The notes beneath the pieces were generated by a model. That model was not told the DNA's origin and did no database searches. It saw only the letters and a list, made by a program, of their open reading frames with translations. Source: a virus (taxonomy: Duplodnaviria > Caudoviricetes). Taken from it: DNA of 64,000 nucleotides. The stretch is from positions 35,132 to 99,131 of the IMG/VR virus record IMGVR_UViG_3300009376_001085, one strand, 5' to 3'. How positions within the stretch are numbered: the stretch's first letter is position 1; each line of letters begins with the position of its first letter. Below are positions 39,084 to 48,898 of the stretch, piece after piece. The translations under genes and the position numbers were made by a program.

Positions 39084-39742
39084 ATGTTAATATCCTTAGT
39101 TTGATTTAATAATAATTGTTTCGTTACATCAGTAATAGTACCTGTAACTTGAATAAGACTTCTAGGTTCCCAGCCTGCATTAGCACTTGCATGAGGTATA
39201 TTTGGCCAGTCAAACCAAACAAGATCTCCCTTTTGCCATTTAAGAAAACTAGTACCCATTTGAAAAAAATGTCCTGGTTTCCAATCTTCTAAAAATATAA
39301 AAAATCTAGCAACTTGACTTGTATCTTTGTTCATTTCGTGTTGTTTGTCTATGTGTAAGTTTAACATTTCTCCAGGGTATTGTATATGAAATGCTTGTTT
39401 GGTGTTTTCTAATCCCAAACTATCTAACATGCTTTTAAACACACCTTGAAATTCAAAATGTTTTCGAAATATAACTGTATCTTCGTCCATACCTGCTCTA
39501 CGCAAATCTTCTAATTCTGATTCTAATTGTGCATGGTCTGGATGATACTTTTTGCCTCTAGTTGCCCAAGTCTTGTGTTTTGCTTGTTTAACAACATCAG
39601 CAAGTTCACGAGACCAATCACCTTTAAATCTTGCTAGCCAACGATAGTCGTAACCAGCAAGAGGTTTACTGTTCCAGTTAAAATGATAATTGCTTTGTTG
39701 TTTGCCTGCTTCCCAATTACTATTCATAAACTGATGCTTCAC
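39080..39742 (-). CDS. putative cupin/Fe(II) dioxygenase
   Basis: QYPGEMLNLHID...WPNIPHASAN...PR. Confidence 0.55.
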   Translation of the reverse strand: MKHQFMNSNWEAGKQQSNYHFNWNSKPLAGYDYRWLARFKGDWSRELADVVKQAKHKTWATRGKKYHPDHAQLESELEDLRRAGMDEDTVIFRKHFEFQGVFKSMLDSLGLENTKQAFHIQYPGEMLNLHIDKQHEMNKDTSQVARFFIFLEDWKPGHFFQMGTSFLKWQKGDLVWFDWPNIPHASANAGWEPRSLIQVTGTITDVTKQLLLNQTKDINI

Positions 39743-40361
39743 ATGCTTTTTTAACTTCTTTGTCTAACCAATGATCCTCAATATCATGTATATATTTTGC
39801 ATTAGCATTTTCATTTATTATTTCGTCTACCTTGGGATTTGTCCAATCTATAGGAAATTTTAAAATTTCAATAAGTGATTCTAAATAACGATGCTTCCAC
39901 ATAATTAGACTTTCATAACTTAAAAAATTAATAAAATGCTCTTCGCTTATTTCTTCTATTGCTCGATTAGCATCATTAAATGTGACCTTTCCCCGAACTC
40001 GTTCTTGTTGAAATTCTACAATAGATTTTTCACGAGATATAACTGCTATAATAGGTGATACTTTTTGTTTTTCAACTTCTTGGCAAAATTCTAATACAGG
40101 CGGAACTCTATTCCCGCCTTTATATACATAAGGTATAGAACAAGATGTAACAAAATGAGAATAATCTTTGGATAACTCTAAAAGCGTAGGATCTGCCCAT
40201 GCATTAGCAAAAGGTTCTAAATGATGGCCTTCCCAATATTGTTCCTGTAACTTTTGCCATCCGTATACACTTTTATGTAAGCCAAATATTTTAGCCCACA
40301 TATGATTGCCGGACCCTTGAGGTCCGACAACTATTAGCATTTTTCTATCAAATGCAGTCAT
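39720..40361 (-). CDS. P-loop / sulfotransferase-like protein
   Basis: VVGPQGSGNH, ISRE, FLSYESL. Confidence 0.45.
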   Translation of the reverse strand: MTAFDRKMLIVVGPQGSGNHMWAKIFGLHKSVYGWQKLQEQYWEGHHLEPFANAWADPTLLELSKDYSHFVTSCSIPYVYKGGNRVPPVLEFCQEVEKQKVSPIIAVISREKSIVEFQQERVRGKVTFNDANRAIEEISEEHFINFLSYESLIMWKHRYLESLIEILKFPIDWTNPKVDEIINENANAKYIHDIEDHWLDKEVKKACEASVYE

Positions 40362-41833
40362 GCTTTAATTGCTTCTCCTTGTGCAGAAGCAAACATGTTT
40401 GAAAAAATTAATGTTAAAATAGGTGCTCCTAAAATAGCAACCAATGTACCAGCGAATACAATATATGATCCACCGCCAAACATCTTACCCCAAACAAATA
40501 ATGCTTCGCCTGGTACGGCGGCAAGTATGATGCCCCAAAACATTCCGGGTTCAGTTACCCATTCTGGTTTGAGTAACGAAATCATACTAGGTAACCAGAC
40601 TGCCGCCCGCAGTACAGCAAAAAACAGGAATAACCATACTAACTGCATTCCAGGGATATTTGCAATTAGTAATCCTGCTATTGCTAATGCTACCATACCT
40701 AATCTTGCATAGGTAATAATATCTTTATTGTTTGTGCCTTTTTTGAATTGATTAAACAAATCGTGTCCAGTCATGTTAGCAACCGATGCAAACTGCGAAT
40801 CAAGTATAGCAACCAGTCCTGCGAACACCATAAAGACGAATATAACCGTCGCTACTGGTGGTAAAAAGGTTCCTATAGTAATTGCATTAGTAACACCTAC
40901 CATAGATTTAGGAATTTCTAGTCCTGCACCAGCGGCAACAAAACCTAACAATCCCATCATAATAGGTACAACAATAAAAACAAAACTAGCAATAACATAA
41001 GACGGAATAATACTATCCTTCTTAATACTAAATGCTCGTTGGTAAAAACTATTATCGCCCCATGGACCACCCATGTGGCCTAGGAATGCCGCGGCTCCAA
41101 AGCCTGTAAATATACCCCAAGCAAATGGTGTACCTAATATAGATGCTCCTAGTCCTGTACGTCCTCCTAAGCCTGCAACTACTGTACTCCAGCCACCTGC
41201 TTCTGAAATTGCCCAAGGTACTAATATAATAACACCTGCCCAAACTACAATAATTTTAATTACTTCTGTAATTACAGTTGCTTTAAGCCCTGTCCGGAAT
41301 GAATATAAAATTGCAACGCCTGCCATTAAAAATGTTGCTAATGTATAATCTATTCCGGTAAGGGTTGTAACAGTTTTTGATCCTGCTAACAAATTAATAG
41401 CAAATGCACATGTAGCAAGAATCATCATTTCTACTACAAATAGCCATTGCAATCTAGGACTAAATCGTTTCCGCAAGTAGCCTGAAAATGTAAAGCCTTT
41501 CGGAGATTCCGTTCGTATCTTTTTTGCAAAATATGCAAACGCACCTAATGTTAGGAAGTTTCCTAAACAAAACCAAAACAAACCTACCAAACCATTTACG
41601 TATGCTTGTTGTGTACTAATAAAAAGGCCCGGTGCCCACAGCCAAGCGGCCGCCACACTTAGAGAGCCTTGAAACGTGTTTAATTCTCGTCGTGCAACGA
41701 GGAAAGATGTTTTATTATCATCGTACCCACGTGAATACCAATAGGTCATTGCAAATGCAAATAACCCATATACTACTAAAATTCCTGCTCCTGTCTCCGG
41801 AGAGAAGAGAGGAAACAAACTTGCTATATCCAT
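40358..41833 (-). CDS. sodium:solute symporter family transporter
   Basis: About 13 hydrophobic segments; FLVARR, SVAAAWLWA, RKRFS, GLKATVITE, FYQRAFS; AGGAG RBS. Confidence 0.85.
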   Translation of the reverse strand: MDIASLFPLFSPETGAGILVVYGLFAFAMTYWYSRGYDDNKTSFLVARRELNTFQGSLSVAAAWLWAPGLFISTQQAYVNGLVGLFWFCLGNFLTLGAFAYFAKKIRTESPKGFTFSGYLRKRFSPRLQWLFVVEMMILATCAFAINLLAGSKTVTTLTGIDYTLATFLMAGVAILYSFRTGLKATVITEVIKIIVVWAGVIILVPWAISEAGGWSTVVAGLGGRTGLGASILGTPFAWGIFTGFGAAAFLGHMGGPWGDNSFYQRAFSIKKDSIIPSYVIASFVFIVVPIMMGLLGFVAAGAGLEIPKSMVGVTNAITIGTFLPPVATVIFVFMVFAGLVAILDSQFASVANMTGHDLFNQFKKGTNNKDIITYARLGMVALAIAGLLIANIPGMQLVWLFLFFAVLRAAVWLPSMISLLKPEWVTEPGMFWGIILAAVPGEALFVWGKMFGGGSYIVFAGTLVAILGAPILTLIFSNMFASAQGEAIKA

Positions 41834-41834
41834 T

Positions 41835-42371
41835 TTACTCCTTTATCCATTCACTATATAGTCTTTGTTTATCGAGAGTGTTATGATTTTCATATGTCAT
41901 AAAATTGATTTTATAATTGAACGTGTCTGCAAAATGTTCCATCCATTCTTCGTTCCATGGAAAAAAATTTATTTGCAAACATTCTTGATTATCATGGTCA
42001 TGATGACCGGGATTGCACCGCCAGTAAATTCTGCTGGTGTCTTTTAATATACTTATTACCTTTGCAATTTGGTTTGTTATTCTGTTAACATCACCAAAAT
42101 TTATTGAGCCTAAACATAATGCAACATCATATTTATCGTCAGGCAAAAAGTGTTCTAAACTTATTTTTATATCTGCTTCATCATTTGCAGGATCTATTCC
42201 TAACAAATTTGGTATTTTGTCTTTAAATAAATTATAACCACATCCTACATCTATTACTGTTTCATGTGGTTTAATTTTATCTACTATTTGTATGCCGGAA
42301 TATTCCCACTCATCTATTGGAGAAGGTCCCCATACATTCTCAAAATAATAATCTAATTTATTTTGATCCAT
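41835..42371 (-). CDS. class I SAM-dependent methyltransferase
   Basis: VIDVGCG, LGIDP, YDVALCLGS. Confidence 0.7.
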   Translation of the reverse strand: MDQNKLDYYFENVWGPSPIDEWEYSGIQIVDKIKPHETVIDVGCGYNLFKDKIPNLLGIDPANDEADIKISLEHFLPDDKYDVALCLGSINFGDVNRITNQIAKVISILKDTSRIYWRCNPGHHDHDNQECLQINFFPWNEEWMEHFADTFNYKINFMTYENHNTLDKQRLYSEWIKE

Positions 42372-42804
42372 TTTTTAAAATTGTGCTATAATCTGCCATA
42401 ATAAGTGATTTAATTTGTTTAACTGCTAAATCATATAAATTATCTTGCTTGTTTCTAATTTGAAAATGAAACCATTCAGGTTGTTCGAACATTTTGTTTG
42501 TATCATCATATCTACTATGTTTCACAGTATTTAACCATATTAATAATCCTGGTTCAAACAATTGTCTAAGTTCTTCAGTAGGACATATAAAGTCACATAC
42601 TACCCATCCATCTATTGCTTCTGCCATATCTTTCATACGTAAACATTGTCGTATTCTGCCTTTGGGGGAAAAATCCCAATCCTTAGCCTGCTTCCTTACT
42701 TCGTCTGCATTTAAATGGGGACAATTTAGTGTATAGGCTAATTTTTTGGCAAAAGTCGTTTTGCCAGAGTCATTCAACCCCATTACCAGTAATTTATTAT
42801 TCAT
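42358..42804 (-). CDS. cysC: adenylyl-sulfate (APS) kinase-like protein
   Basis: MGLNDSGKTT P-loop, NADEVR, DFSPKGR, DFICP, FEQP. Confidence 0.65.
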   Translation of the reverse strand: MNNKLLVMGLNDSGKTTFAKKLAYTLNCPHLNADEVRKQAKDWDFSPKGRIRQCLRMKDMAEAIDGWVVCDFICPTEELRQLFEPGLLIWLNTVKHSRYDDTNKMFEQPEWFHFQIRNKQDNLYDLAVKQIKSLIMADYSTILKNGSK

Positions 42805-42811
42805 TTTTTAA

Positions 42812-44314
42812 TTAAGTATATACCTTTATTTTGTGTTTACGCTCAAATTCTCTAGCATCATTTCTTGTGTTTACTAGTGGTTCTCCTTTAATGTTTAAAC
42901 TTGTGTTAAGCAACATCGGACATCCTGTCTTTTTATACCATGTTTCTAGTAAATTTCTTACGTGCGGACAGTCTTTTTTAGTAACTGTTTGTACCCTGCT
43001 TGTATTATCTATGTGGACAATAGCGGGAAACTGCTCTGGATACTTACATCTAGCAGTAAATTGCATATAAGGTGAAGAACTCACCGGCATGTCAAAGTAC
43101 TTATCTGCGTGTTCTGCAAGTATCATTGGAGCAAAGGGCCTAAACGGCTCTCTTCGTTTATATTTATTAACTAAACCTTTAATTTTTTCACCTCGCGGAT
43201 CAGCTAATAACGAACGATGTCCTAATGCTCTAGGACCAAATTCTGCTTTACCACTTGCTACTCCGCATATTTTCTTTTTTAGTAATTGATGTACTACACC
43301 ATCTGTAGGGTACTTCCCTTGTATGTCATGTCCTAAGTATGCTCCTGGCCAACGTATATGTGTATTCATATCTGCTAATATCGCACCTATAGCAGAACCA
43401 GCATCGCCTGGACTAGGCATAATCCATATATCGTCCCACATGTTTGCTATATGACTATTTGCTACACAATTTAACGCACAACCGCCAGTAAACACTAAGT
43501 TATTGCTAGAACCGTGTAGCCTAGCCCATTGCATTATATCTTCTAATATATGTTCATAAATCTTTTGAGTTGCGGCGGCCACATCATATATATCCATTGC
43601 CCGTAATCCTTCGGGTTTCCACCATAAACATCCTCTATGTAAATTTCGATTGAATTTTACTTTGCCTTTTGCTATACTTTTAAAAAATGTGGTCCATAAT
43701 TCTTCGTAAAAACGATTAGGATCGCCGAATGCTGACATACCCATTAAGATATACTCTTCTTCGTTGGGTTTTAAACCTAGCCTCTGTGTCATTGCAGAAT
43801 ACCACAAACCTATCGAATTTGGAAACCATTGTGAATGAAGTTTTGTTAACGTGTTACCTTCTGCTTTCCATATGGTTAAAGTTTCCCATTCTCCTATTGC
43901 ATCTATAACAACTACTGTTGCATTTCTAAACGGAGATGTAAAATATCCCCCGGCGGCATGTGATAAGTGATGTGATATGTTTTTTTGACGAAGGTCGTAT
44001 TTAAAAGATAATCCTAAACTATCTATATGATTACGCAATGCTTCGCCTGTTATTGCACTTTTTAAATCTCTGTTTACAACATTCCATTGTTTAGCATATA
44101 TTTGTCGTGTAAGTTTTTTTAATGGCTGTTCATAATAACAAATACGATTAGGTGAACCATAGCTCAACGCATCACGCAATAACTGCCAATTAAGATTTTT
44201 ATCGTTTTTTACTCTGCTATATCGTTCTGAGTGCGATGCAAATACAAGTTGTCTATTTTTAACAACCGCCAATGCCGCATCATGTGATAGTGCAGATATA
44301 CCCCAGGTTATCAT
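42812..44314 (-). CDS. O-carbamoyltransferase (NodU/CmcH/TobZ family)
   Basis: HDAA, ERYSRVK, HHLSHAA, DAIGE, GGCALNC, GDAG, EFGPRALGHRS, FRPFAP, LLNTSLN. Confidence 0.93.
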   Translation of the reverse strand: MITWGISALSHDAALAVVKNRQLVFASHSERYSRVKNDKNLNWQLLRDALSYGSPNRICYYEQPLKKLTRQIYAKQWNVVNRDLKSAITGEALRNHIDSLGLSFKYDLRQKNISHHLSHAAGGYFTSPFRNATVVVIDAIGEWETLTIWKAEGNTLTKLHSQWFPNSIGLWYSAMTQRLGLKPNEEEYILMGMSAFGDPNRFYEELWTTFFKSIAKGKVKFNRNLHRGCLWWKPEGLRAMDIYDVAAATQKIYEHILEDIMQWARLHGSSNNLVFTGGCALNCVANSHIANMWDDIWIMPSPGDAGSAIGAILADMNTHIRWPGAYLGHDIQGKYPTDGVVHQLLKKKICGVASGKAEFGPRALGHRSLLADPRGEKIKGLVNKYKRREPFRPFAPMILAEHADKYFDMPVSSSPYMQFTARCKYPEQFPAIVHIDNTSRVQTVTKKDCPHVRNLLETWYKKTGCPMLLNTSLNIKGEPLVNTRNDAREFERKHKIKVYT

Positions 44315-45117
44315 GTATTTTCTTTAATTAATTTATTTAATATATTTGCAAGATACTTGCATCCTTTATGTGTATAATGTCCTGTGTTACCATCTGGTTT
44401 TACTGTTATTAGATTAGCATCTTCATTTCGAAGAATATTATTAATTCTATATAATGGTAATCGTATTAAATTTTCTTGTTTCCACATAAATTTACTGTCA
44501 GGTGGGCCGGTGGCAAATACTAATCCTTTTTTATTTTTTAATTTTTTTTCTAAAAATGTTATACTTAGTTCTGTTAAAAATCCTGGACGAACAATAGAAT
44601 CATAACAATCTAATATCCATTCTTTCATTCCAGAATTAATTTTAATATTATATTTTTTTAATATCAGTTCAAACCTGTCTATATAATGATCGTATATTAA
44701 ATGATCTTTTTGTGGTTTTTTTATCCAAGACATATTCTCATTATAAAGAGTAAAATTACCCATCTCAATTTTCTTAAAAAATTCATCTAATAATACCCGG
44801 CCTGAAGAAAAAAATTTTATTCTTGGTTCTATAGTTTCTTGGATAATAACATGGGTGTATAATTTTAATTTATCTTCATGTTCTAATTTAGCTATAATTT
44901 CTGCATAATTAAAATATCCGCATCCAGGCAAAGCAAAAATATCTACTTTAACATTTTTTAATATATCTATATAATTATACCATCCTTCGGGGCCATACCA
45001 TTTTTCTCCTTTATTATACTGCCCTTTGGGACCATCATTATCATTATCCTCAAGAGGACCATAATGACCAAAAGAAAAACTACATCCTAGTATTAAAACT
45101 CTCATAATATTTCTCAT
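44311..45117 (-). CDS. SGNH-like hypothetical protein
   Basis: ILGCSFSFG, FALPGCG, GNTGHYTHKG. Confidence 0.5.
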   Translation of the reverse strand: MRNIMRVLILGCSFSFGHYGPLEDNDNDGPKGQYNKGEKWYGPEGWYNYIDILKNVKVDIFALPGCGYFNYAEIIAKLEHEDKLKLYTHVIIQETIEPRIKFFSSGRVLLDEFFKKIEMGNFTLYNENMSWIKKPQKDHLIYDHYIDRFELILKKYNIKINSGMKEWILDCYDSIVRPGFLTELSITFLEKKLKNKKGLVFATGPPDSKFMWKQENLIRLPLYRINNILRNEDANLITVKPDGNTGHYTHKGCKYLANILNKLIKENT

Positions 45118-46192
45118 AAAATTCTAATCCTTCATGATATAATTTATCGTCTCCTTGGCCCGATAAATGTTTTTTTATTTGATCATTATCTGTTTTTTGT
45201 AATAATTTAAGTTTTCGTTCTGAAGGAAGATTAATTGCATCAAAATATGTAGGGTATTGTATAAAATTTAAATCCCATCTACATTGATATTTTTGCATGT
45301 AATTATAAAAATTGGGGAAATTTTCTATGTTTAATATACCTAAAGTAGGTGTTATAACTAATTCAAATGTAGGAAAATTTTCTATTAGATATTCAATATT
45401 TTTACATACTTTTTTAAAACTGCCACCTAATCGTATGTTATCATTATATTCTGGTAACCCATCTAAACTAATATTAAAATTTACATTATGCTGACTAAGT
45501 TTTTCTAATTTCTGTGCTATTTTTTTATTTGATAAATCAATAGTACAATTAGTAGTAAAAGTTATAGATACTTTTTTATTACTTTCAAGCAAATCTAATA
45601 ATGTCAAAACATTATCATCTAAAAATGGTTCTCCGCCTGCTAGATATACAGACTTGATATCATTTATGTATGGTTTAAGTTTATTGATATAATCTATACT
45701 TTTATTTTTTGATCCCTCAACATACATTCCTAAATCTTTATAAATGTCATAAATTTTACTGCTAAATGATGGAGAACACATTACACAAGCAAGATTGCAT
45801 TTATTACTAAATCGTATATCTAAATAATATATTTTAGGTTTGTTTATATTTGTTTGTTTAAAATAATCATCGTCTAATTCTGTAATATAATAACCACATT
45901 GATCTTGTCGCATAGATTGTAATCCTTTATCTTCGGCTTCAAAACATTTCCAACAAGTATTGGGTCGTTCGTTGTTTAAAAATGCTTGTCGTAATTTAAT
46001 AAAAGAATCTATGTTTATATTTTCTTTATATGATTTTTTAACATCTAATTTACCAAACGAAGACATAGGATCCGATTTGCAACATGGAAACATATTACCA
46101 TCGGCCCATGCATGTAAAGATATCCATGGTACAGGACAAAAATTATTAAAGTTCTTTTTTTCTAAATCTAAATAACGATAATTGTGTTTCAT
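45080..46192 (-). CDS. radical SAM protein with N-terminal twitch/SPASM-like Cys cluster
   Basis: CPVPW...CC...CWKC, CNLACVMC, AGGEP, SLDG; likely start MKHNY at 46192. Confidence 0.88.
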   Translation of the reverse strand: MKHNYRYLDLEKKNFNNFCPVPWISLHAWADGNMFPCCKSDPMSSFGKLDVKKSYKENINIDSFIKLRQAFLNNERPNTCWKCFEAEDKGLQSMRQDQCGYYITELDDDYFKQTNINKPKIYYLDIRFSNKCNLACVMCSPSFSSKIYDIYKDLGMYVEGSKNKSIDYINKLKPYINDIKSVYLAGGEPFLDDNVLTLLDLLESNKKVSITFTTNCTIDLSNKKIAQKLEKLSQHNVNFNISLDGLPEYNDNIRLGGSFKKVCKNIEYLIENFPTFELVITPTLGILNIENFPNFYNYMQKYQCRWDLNFIQYPTYFDAINLPSERKLKLLQKTDNDQIKKHLSGQGDDKLYHEGLEFYEKYYESFNTRM

Positions 46193-46208
46193 AAAACTAT
46201 ATTGAAAG

Positions 46209-47486
46209 TTAAGGACAGTAAGAATGAGCATCTACAAAGAGAGATTTTTTTTGTTTCGGTTGCAATGAATAATGTTGAGCATTTAACCATGCAGTATTTA
46301 AACAATATGTTAATAATTTATTGTATTTAATATAATTTTCTATAGGTTCTATAACAGAATGATGCCAATTTTTATAAATTATATCATTATCTATCACTAA
46401 ATCATTATTTATTTTTTCTTCTATTTTATCTATCCAATAATCAAAATCTTTTACTAAACTACTTTCTTGTATGAAATATAATTTATGAGGATTAGTAAAT
46501 CGAAAAAACATTCCACTTAAACAATTAATTACTACATGTTTAATTGCATCTCGAATAGAATAAGGATAACTTGAAATAAGGTTAGGCAGTACAAGTATAA
46601 ATGGAATATTTGAATAAAGTGCCACATGCATTAATCCGCCCTCTGCTCCGAAAACATATTTAGATCCTAAAATCATATTAATTTTTTCTACTAATGAAAT
46701 TCCTTGTTTGTACGTATTAGTGACATATTTATAATTATCTTTACATTTATTTTTTAAAGCATCAACTATTATGTTTTCAGGTGTTGAATAGAAACTTTTT
46801 AATAGATGAGGAAAGAAAGCATTCCCACCAATAAAATACATTACTTTAAGAAAATCCCCCTCATCTTTATTTTCTTTTTCCATAAAGTCTATATCAGCTC
46901 TTCTAAGAATATCATAATTTTTAAAATTCCCCCAACCGGTAAAGGTTCGATTATTAGTATTTGTTTTTTTAAATAGCAATTTTCTATATGGAGTAGTCTT
47001 CATATTTAATTTTATGACATTATCATAGTTTCCTAACCGAATTTTTTCGGCTGTTTCCCATATATGTTTATATTTGGTATCTTCAATAGGTTTTTCTTTT
47101 ATATATAAGATAGTATTAGTATTTGCAACTAATATAGTTGTGGTTGGATACTTTTTTTCGCCATCAATAAAATCTATAAAACAAATATTTAACTTATTAT
47201 AACTTTCTTTCAAATTAAAAATACAATAACAAAATCTAAGGAGGGGAGATCGAGTATGTTTTTCTATTTCTAATATTTCAGCAATACATTTATTTTCTAC
47301 CATTTGTCTGGTTTGATCTTCAAATTCGTTCTTTGTTGCTGTTTTACTAAAATCAACACGTAAAAATATTGTACATTCTGATTTTAAAGATTTTATATTT
47401 GAAGTCCAATACGATATTTCATTTAAATGATCGCCAAGGCCACCTTTATGTATGTTAACCTTATAATTATTTAAATAATTAATCAT
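46209..47486 (-). CDS. putative GT-B glycosyltransferase-like protein
   Basis: N-terminal GGLGD and VFGAEGGLMHVA resembling GT9-type motifs; likely start MINYL at 47486. Confidence 0.45.
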   Translation of the reverse strand: MINYLNNYKVNIHKGGLGDHLNEISYWTSNIKSLKSECTIFLRVDFSKTATKNEFEDQTRQMVENKCIAEILEIEKHTRSPLLRFCYCIFNLKESYNKLNICFIDFIDGEKKYPTTTILVANTNTILYIKEKPIEDTKYKHIWETAEKIRLGNYDNVIKLNMKTTPYRKLLFKKTNTNNRTFTGWGNFKNYDILRRADIDFMEKENKDEGDFLKVMYFIGGNAFFPHLLKSFYSTPENIIVDALKNKCKDNYKYVTNTYKQGISLVEKINMILGSKYVFGAEGGLMHVALYSNIPFILVLPNLISSYPYSIRDAIKHVVINCLSGMFFRFTNPHKLYFIQESSLVKDFDYWIDKIEEKINNDLVIDNDIIYKNWHHSVIEPIENYIKYNKLLTYCLNTAWLNAQHYSLQPKQKKSLFVDAHSYCP

Positions 47487-48255
47487 ATAATCTATCCATT
47501 GTATTAAAAAATTGAAAACATTCACCTACTAAAGAAATGTATTTTCGAAAATGTTTAGTTTTATATCCATTCGAAACAGCATGTAATGCATTCGATGTAT
47601 TTAAATAAAAAACAAGTGTATTTTTTTCATATTTTATAGTTTTTACTACTTCAATGTTTGAATAAAAGCCAGGCAGAGGTTTTTTAATAAACTTACTATC
47701 TTTAGTTAACTTACAAATTAATAAATCTCGTCCTAAACTATCATCATCAGAATTCCTCATATAAAATAATCCATTATATAATTTATAATTATTATCTAAA
47801 TGAGGGCCCCTAACCGTTGACGTATATTCAACTGGTGTGTTTATGTAGAATTGACATTCCAATTCTACATCTCCTTCTATATTTCTTTGTCCGTAATTAG
47901 CCGATGACCTAATACACCCTTTTAATAATTTAAGTTGTTTTCTAAATTTATTTTCTAATATATATAATTCATCATAAAACAAATCTATAACTTCTTGTAA
48001 AAACTCTGTAGAAGAATGATACCTAAAAAATTCTTTCCATTCATATGATACATTATTATTATCTAATACATGCAAGCATCCTTTTGAATAACCATAATTT
48101 TGTTTATAAGGTTCATAAAATATATTATCATAAGCTGGCCATTGTGAATCTAATAATTCATAATAATCTAATGGCAAGGCATTTTTTATTATAATATGTG
48201 GAAACGGATATAAAATTATATCAGTTTTTTTGGCTTTTGATAAAATTGAAATCAT
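47479..48255 (-). CDS. 2OG-Fe(II) oxygenase
   Basis: YPFPHIII, GPHLDN, LFYM, ALHAVS...R. Confidence 0.7.
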   Translation of the reverse strand: MISILSKAKKTDIILYPFPHIIIKNALPLDYYELLDSQWPAYDNIFYEPYKQNYGYSKGCLHVLDNNNVSYEWKEFFRYHSSTEFLQEVIDLFYDELYILENKFRKQLKLLKGCIRSSANYGQRNIEGDVELECQFYINTPVEYTSTVRGPHLDNNYKLYNGLFYMRNSDDDSLGRDLLICKLTKDSKFIKKPLPGFYSNIEVVKTIKYEKNTLVFYLNTSNALHAVSNGYKTKHFRKYISLVGECFQFFNTMDRLYD

Positions 48256-48898
48256 TTAACCATAAGTTTGAGAAAGAACAATTTTCATGTTTTTTATTCC
48301 ACGGACCGCCTAATGTATAATGATAAACTTTTGCCGAATCAGAATCGTATTCGTCGACAAGAAAATTATATTCTAACGGAATACTACCAATATTATTAGT
48401 CCATTTAAATTGATGTAACCATAAACCAGTATTATTATTTACAGCATCTAAAGATAAGTTTTTACAATCTTTATGAGCACAATTAAACATCATTAAACTA
48501 CTCCAATTTTTTTTCTCATACTTTGATTGGTTTACATTTTTGTTGGCAATTAATTTTTTATCTGTTTTTGGAATATAATCATGTTTACACACCATAACAG
48601 CATATTGTTCATCATAAAATTCTAATAATTCGTAAATATCACATTGCCATAAAAAATCTTGGTCCATAAAAATTGCAATACCTTTGTAATCATTTAACCA
48701 GGGCACTAAAAATCGACAAATAGAAAATTCTGTTGTTTCTAACGGATTAGCTTCACGCCACCAATTTTTTTTTGGTAAAATTGATGTACCTATATTTTTT
48801 ATAGTTATTTGTTTGTTTGTTCTAGATAATATAGAATATTTGCATACATCAGATACAAATTGAGTCCGACTATCAAATCCTATATATACTGTTATCAT
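48221..48898 (-). CDS. glycosyltransferase (GT-A, GT8-like)
   Basis: VYIGFD, TEFSICRFLVP, FMDQDF, KNWSSLMMFN, HYTLGGPW. Confidence 0.8.
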   Translation of the reverse strand: MITVYIGFDSRTQFVSDVCKYSILSRTNKQITIKNIGTSILPKKNWWREANPLETTEFSICRFLVPWLNDYKGIAIFMDQDFLWQCDIYELLEFYDEQYAVMVCKHDYIPKTDKKLIANKNVNQSKYEKKNWSSLMMFNCAHKDCKNLSLDAVNNNTGLWLHQFKWTNNIGSIPLEYNFLVDEYDSDSAKVYHYTLGGPWNKKHENCSFSNLWLNDFNFIKSQKN

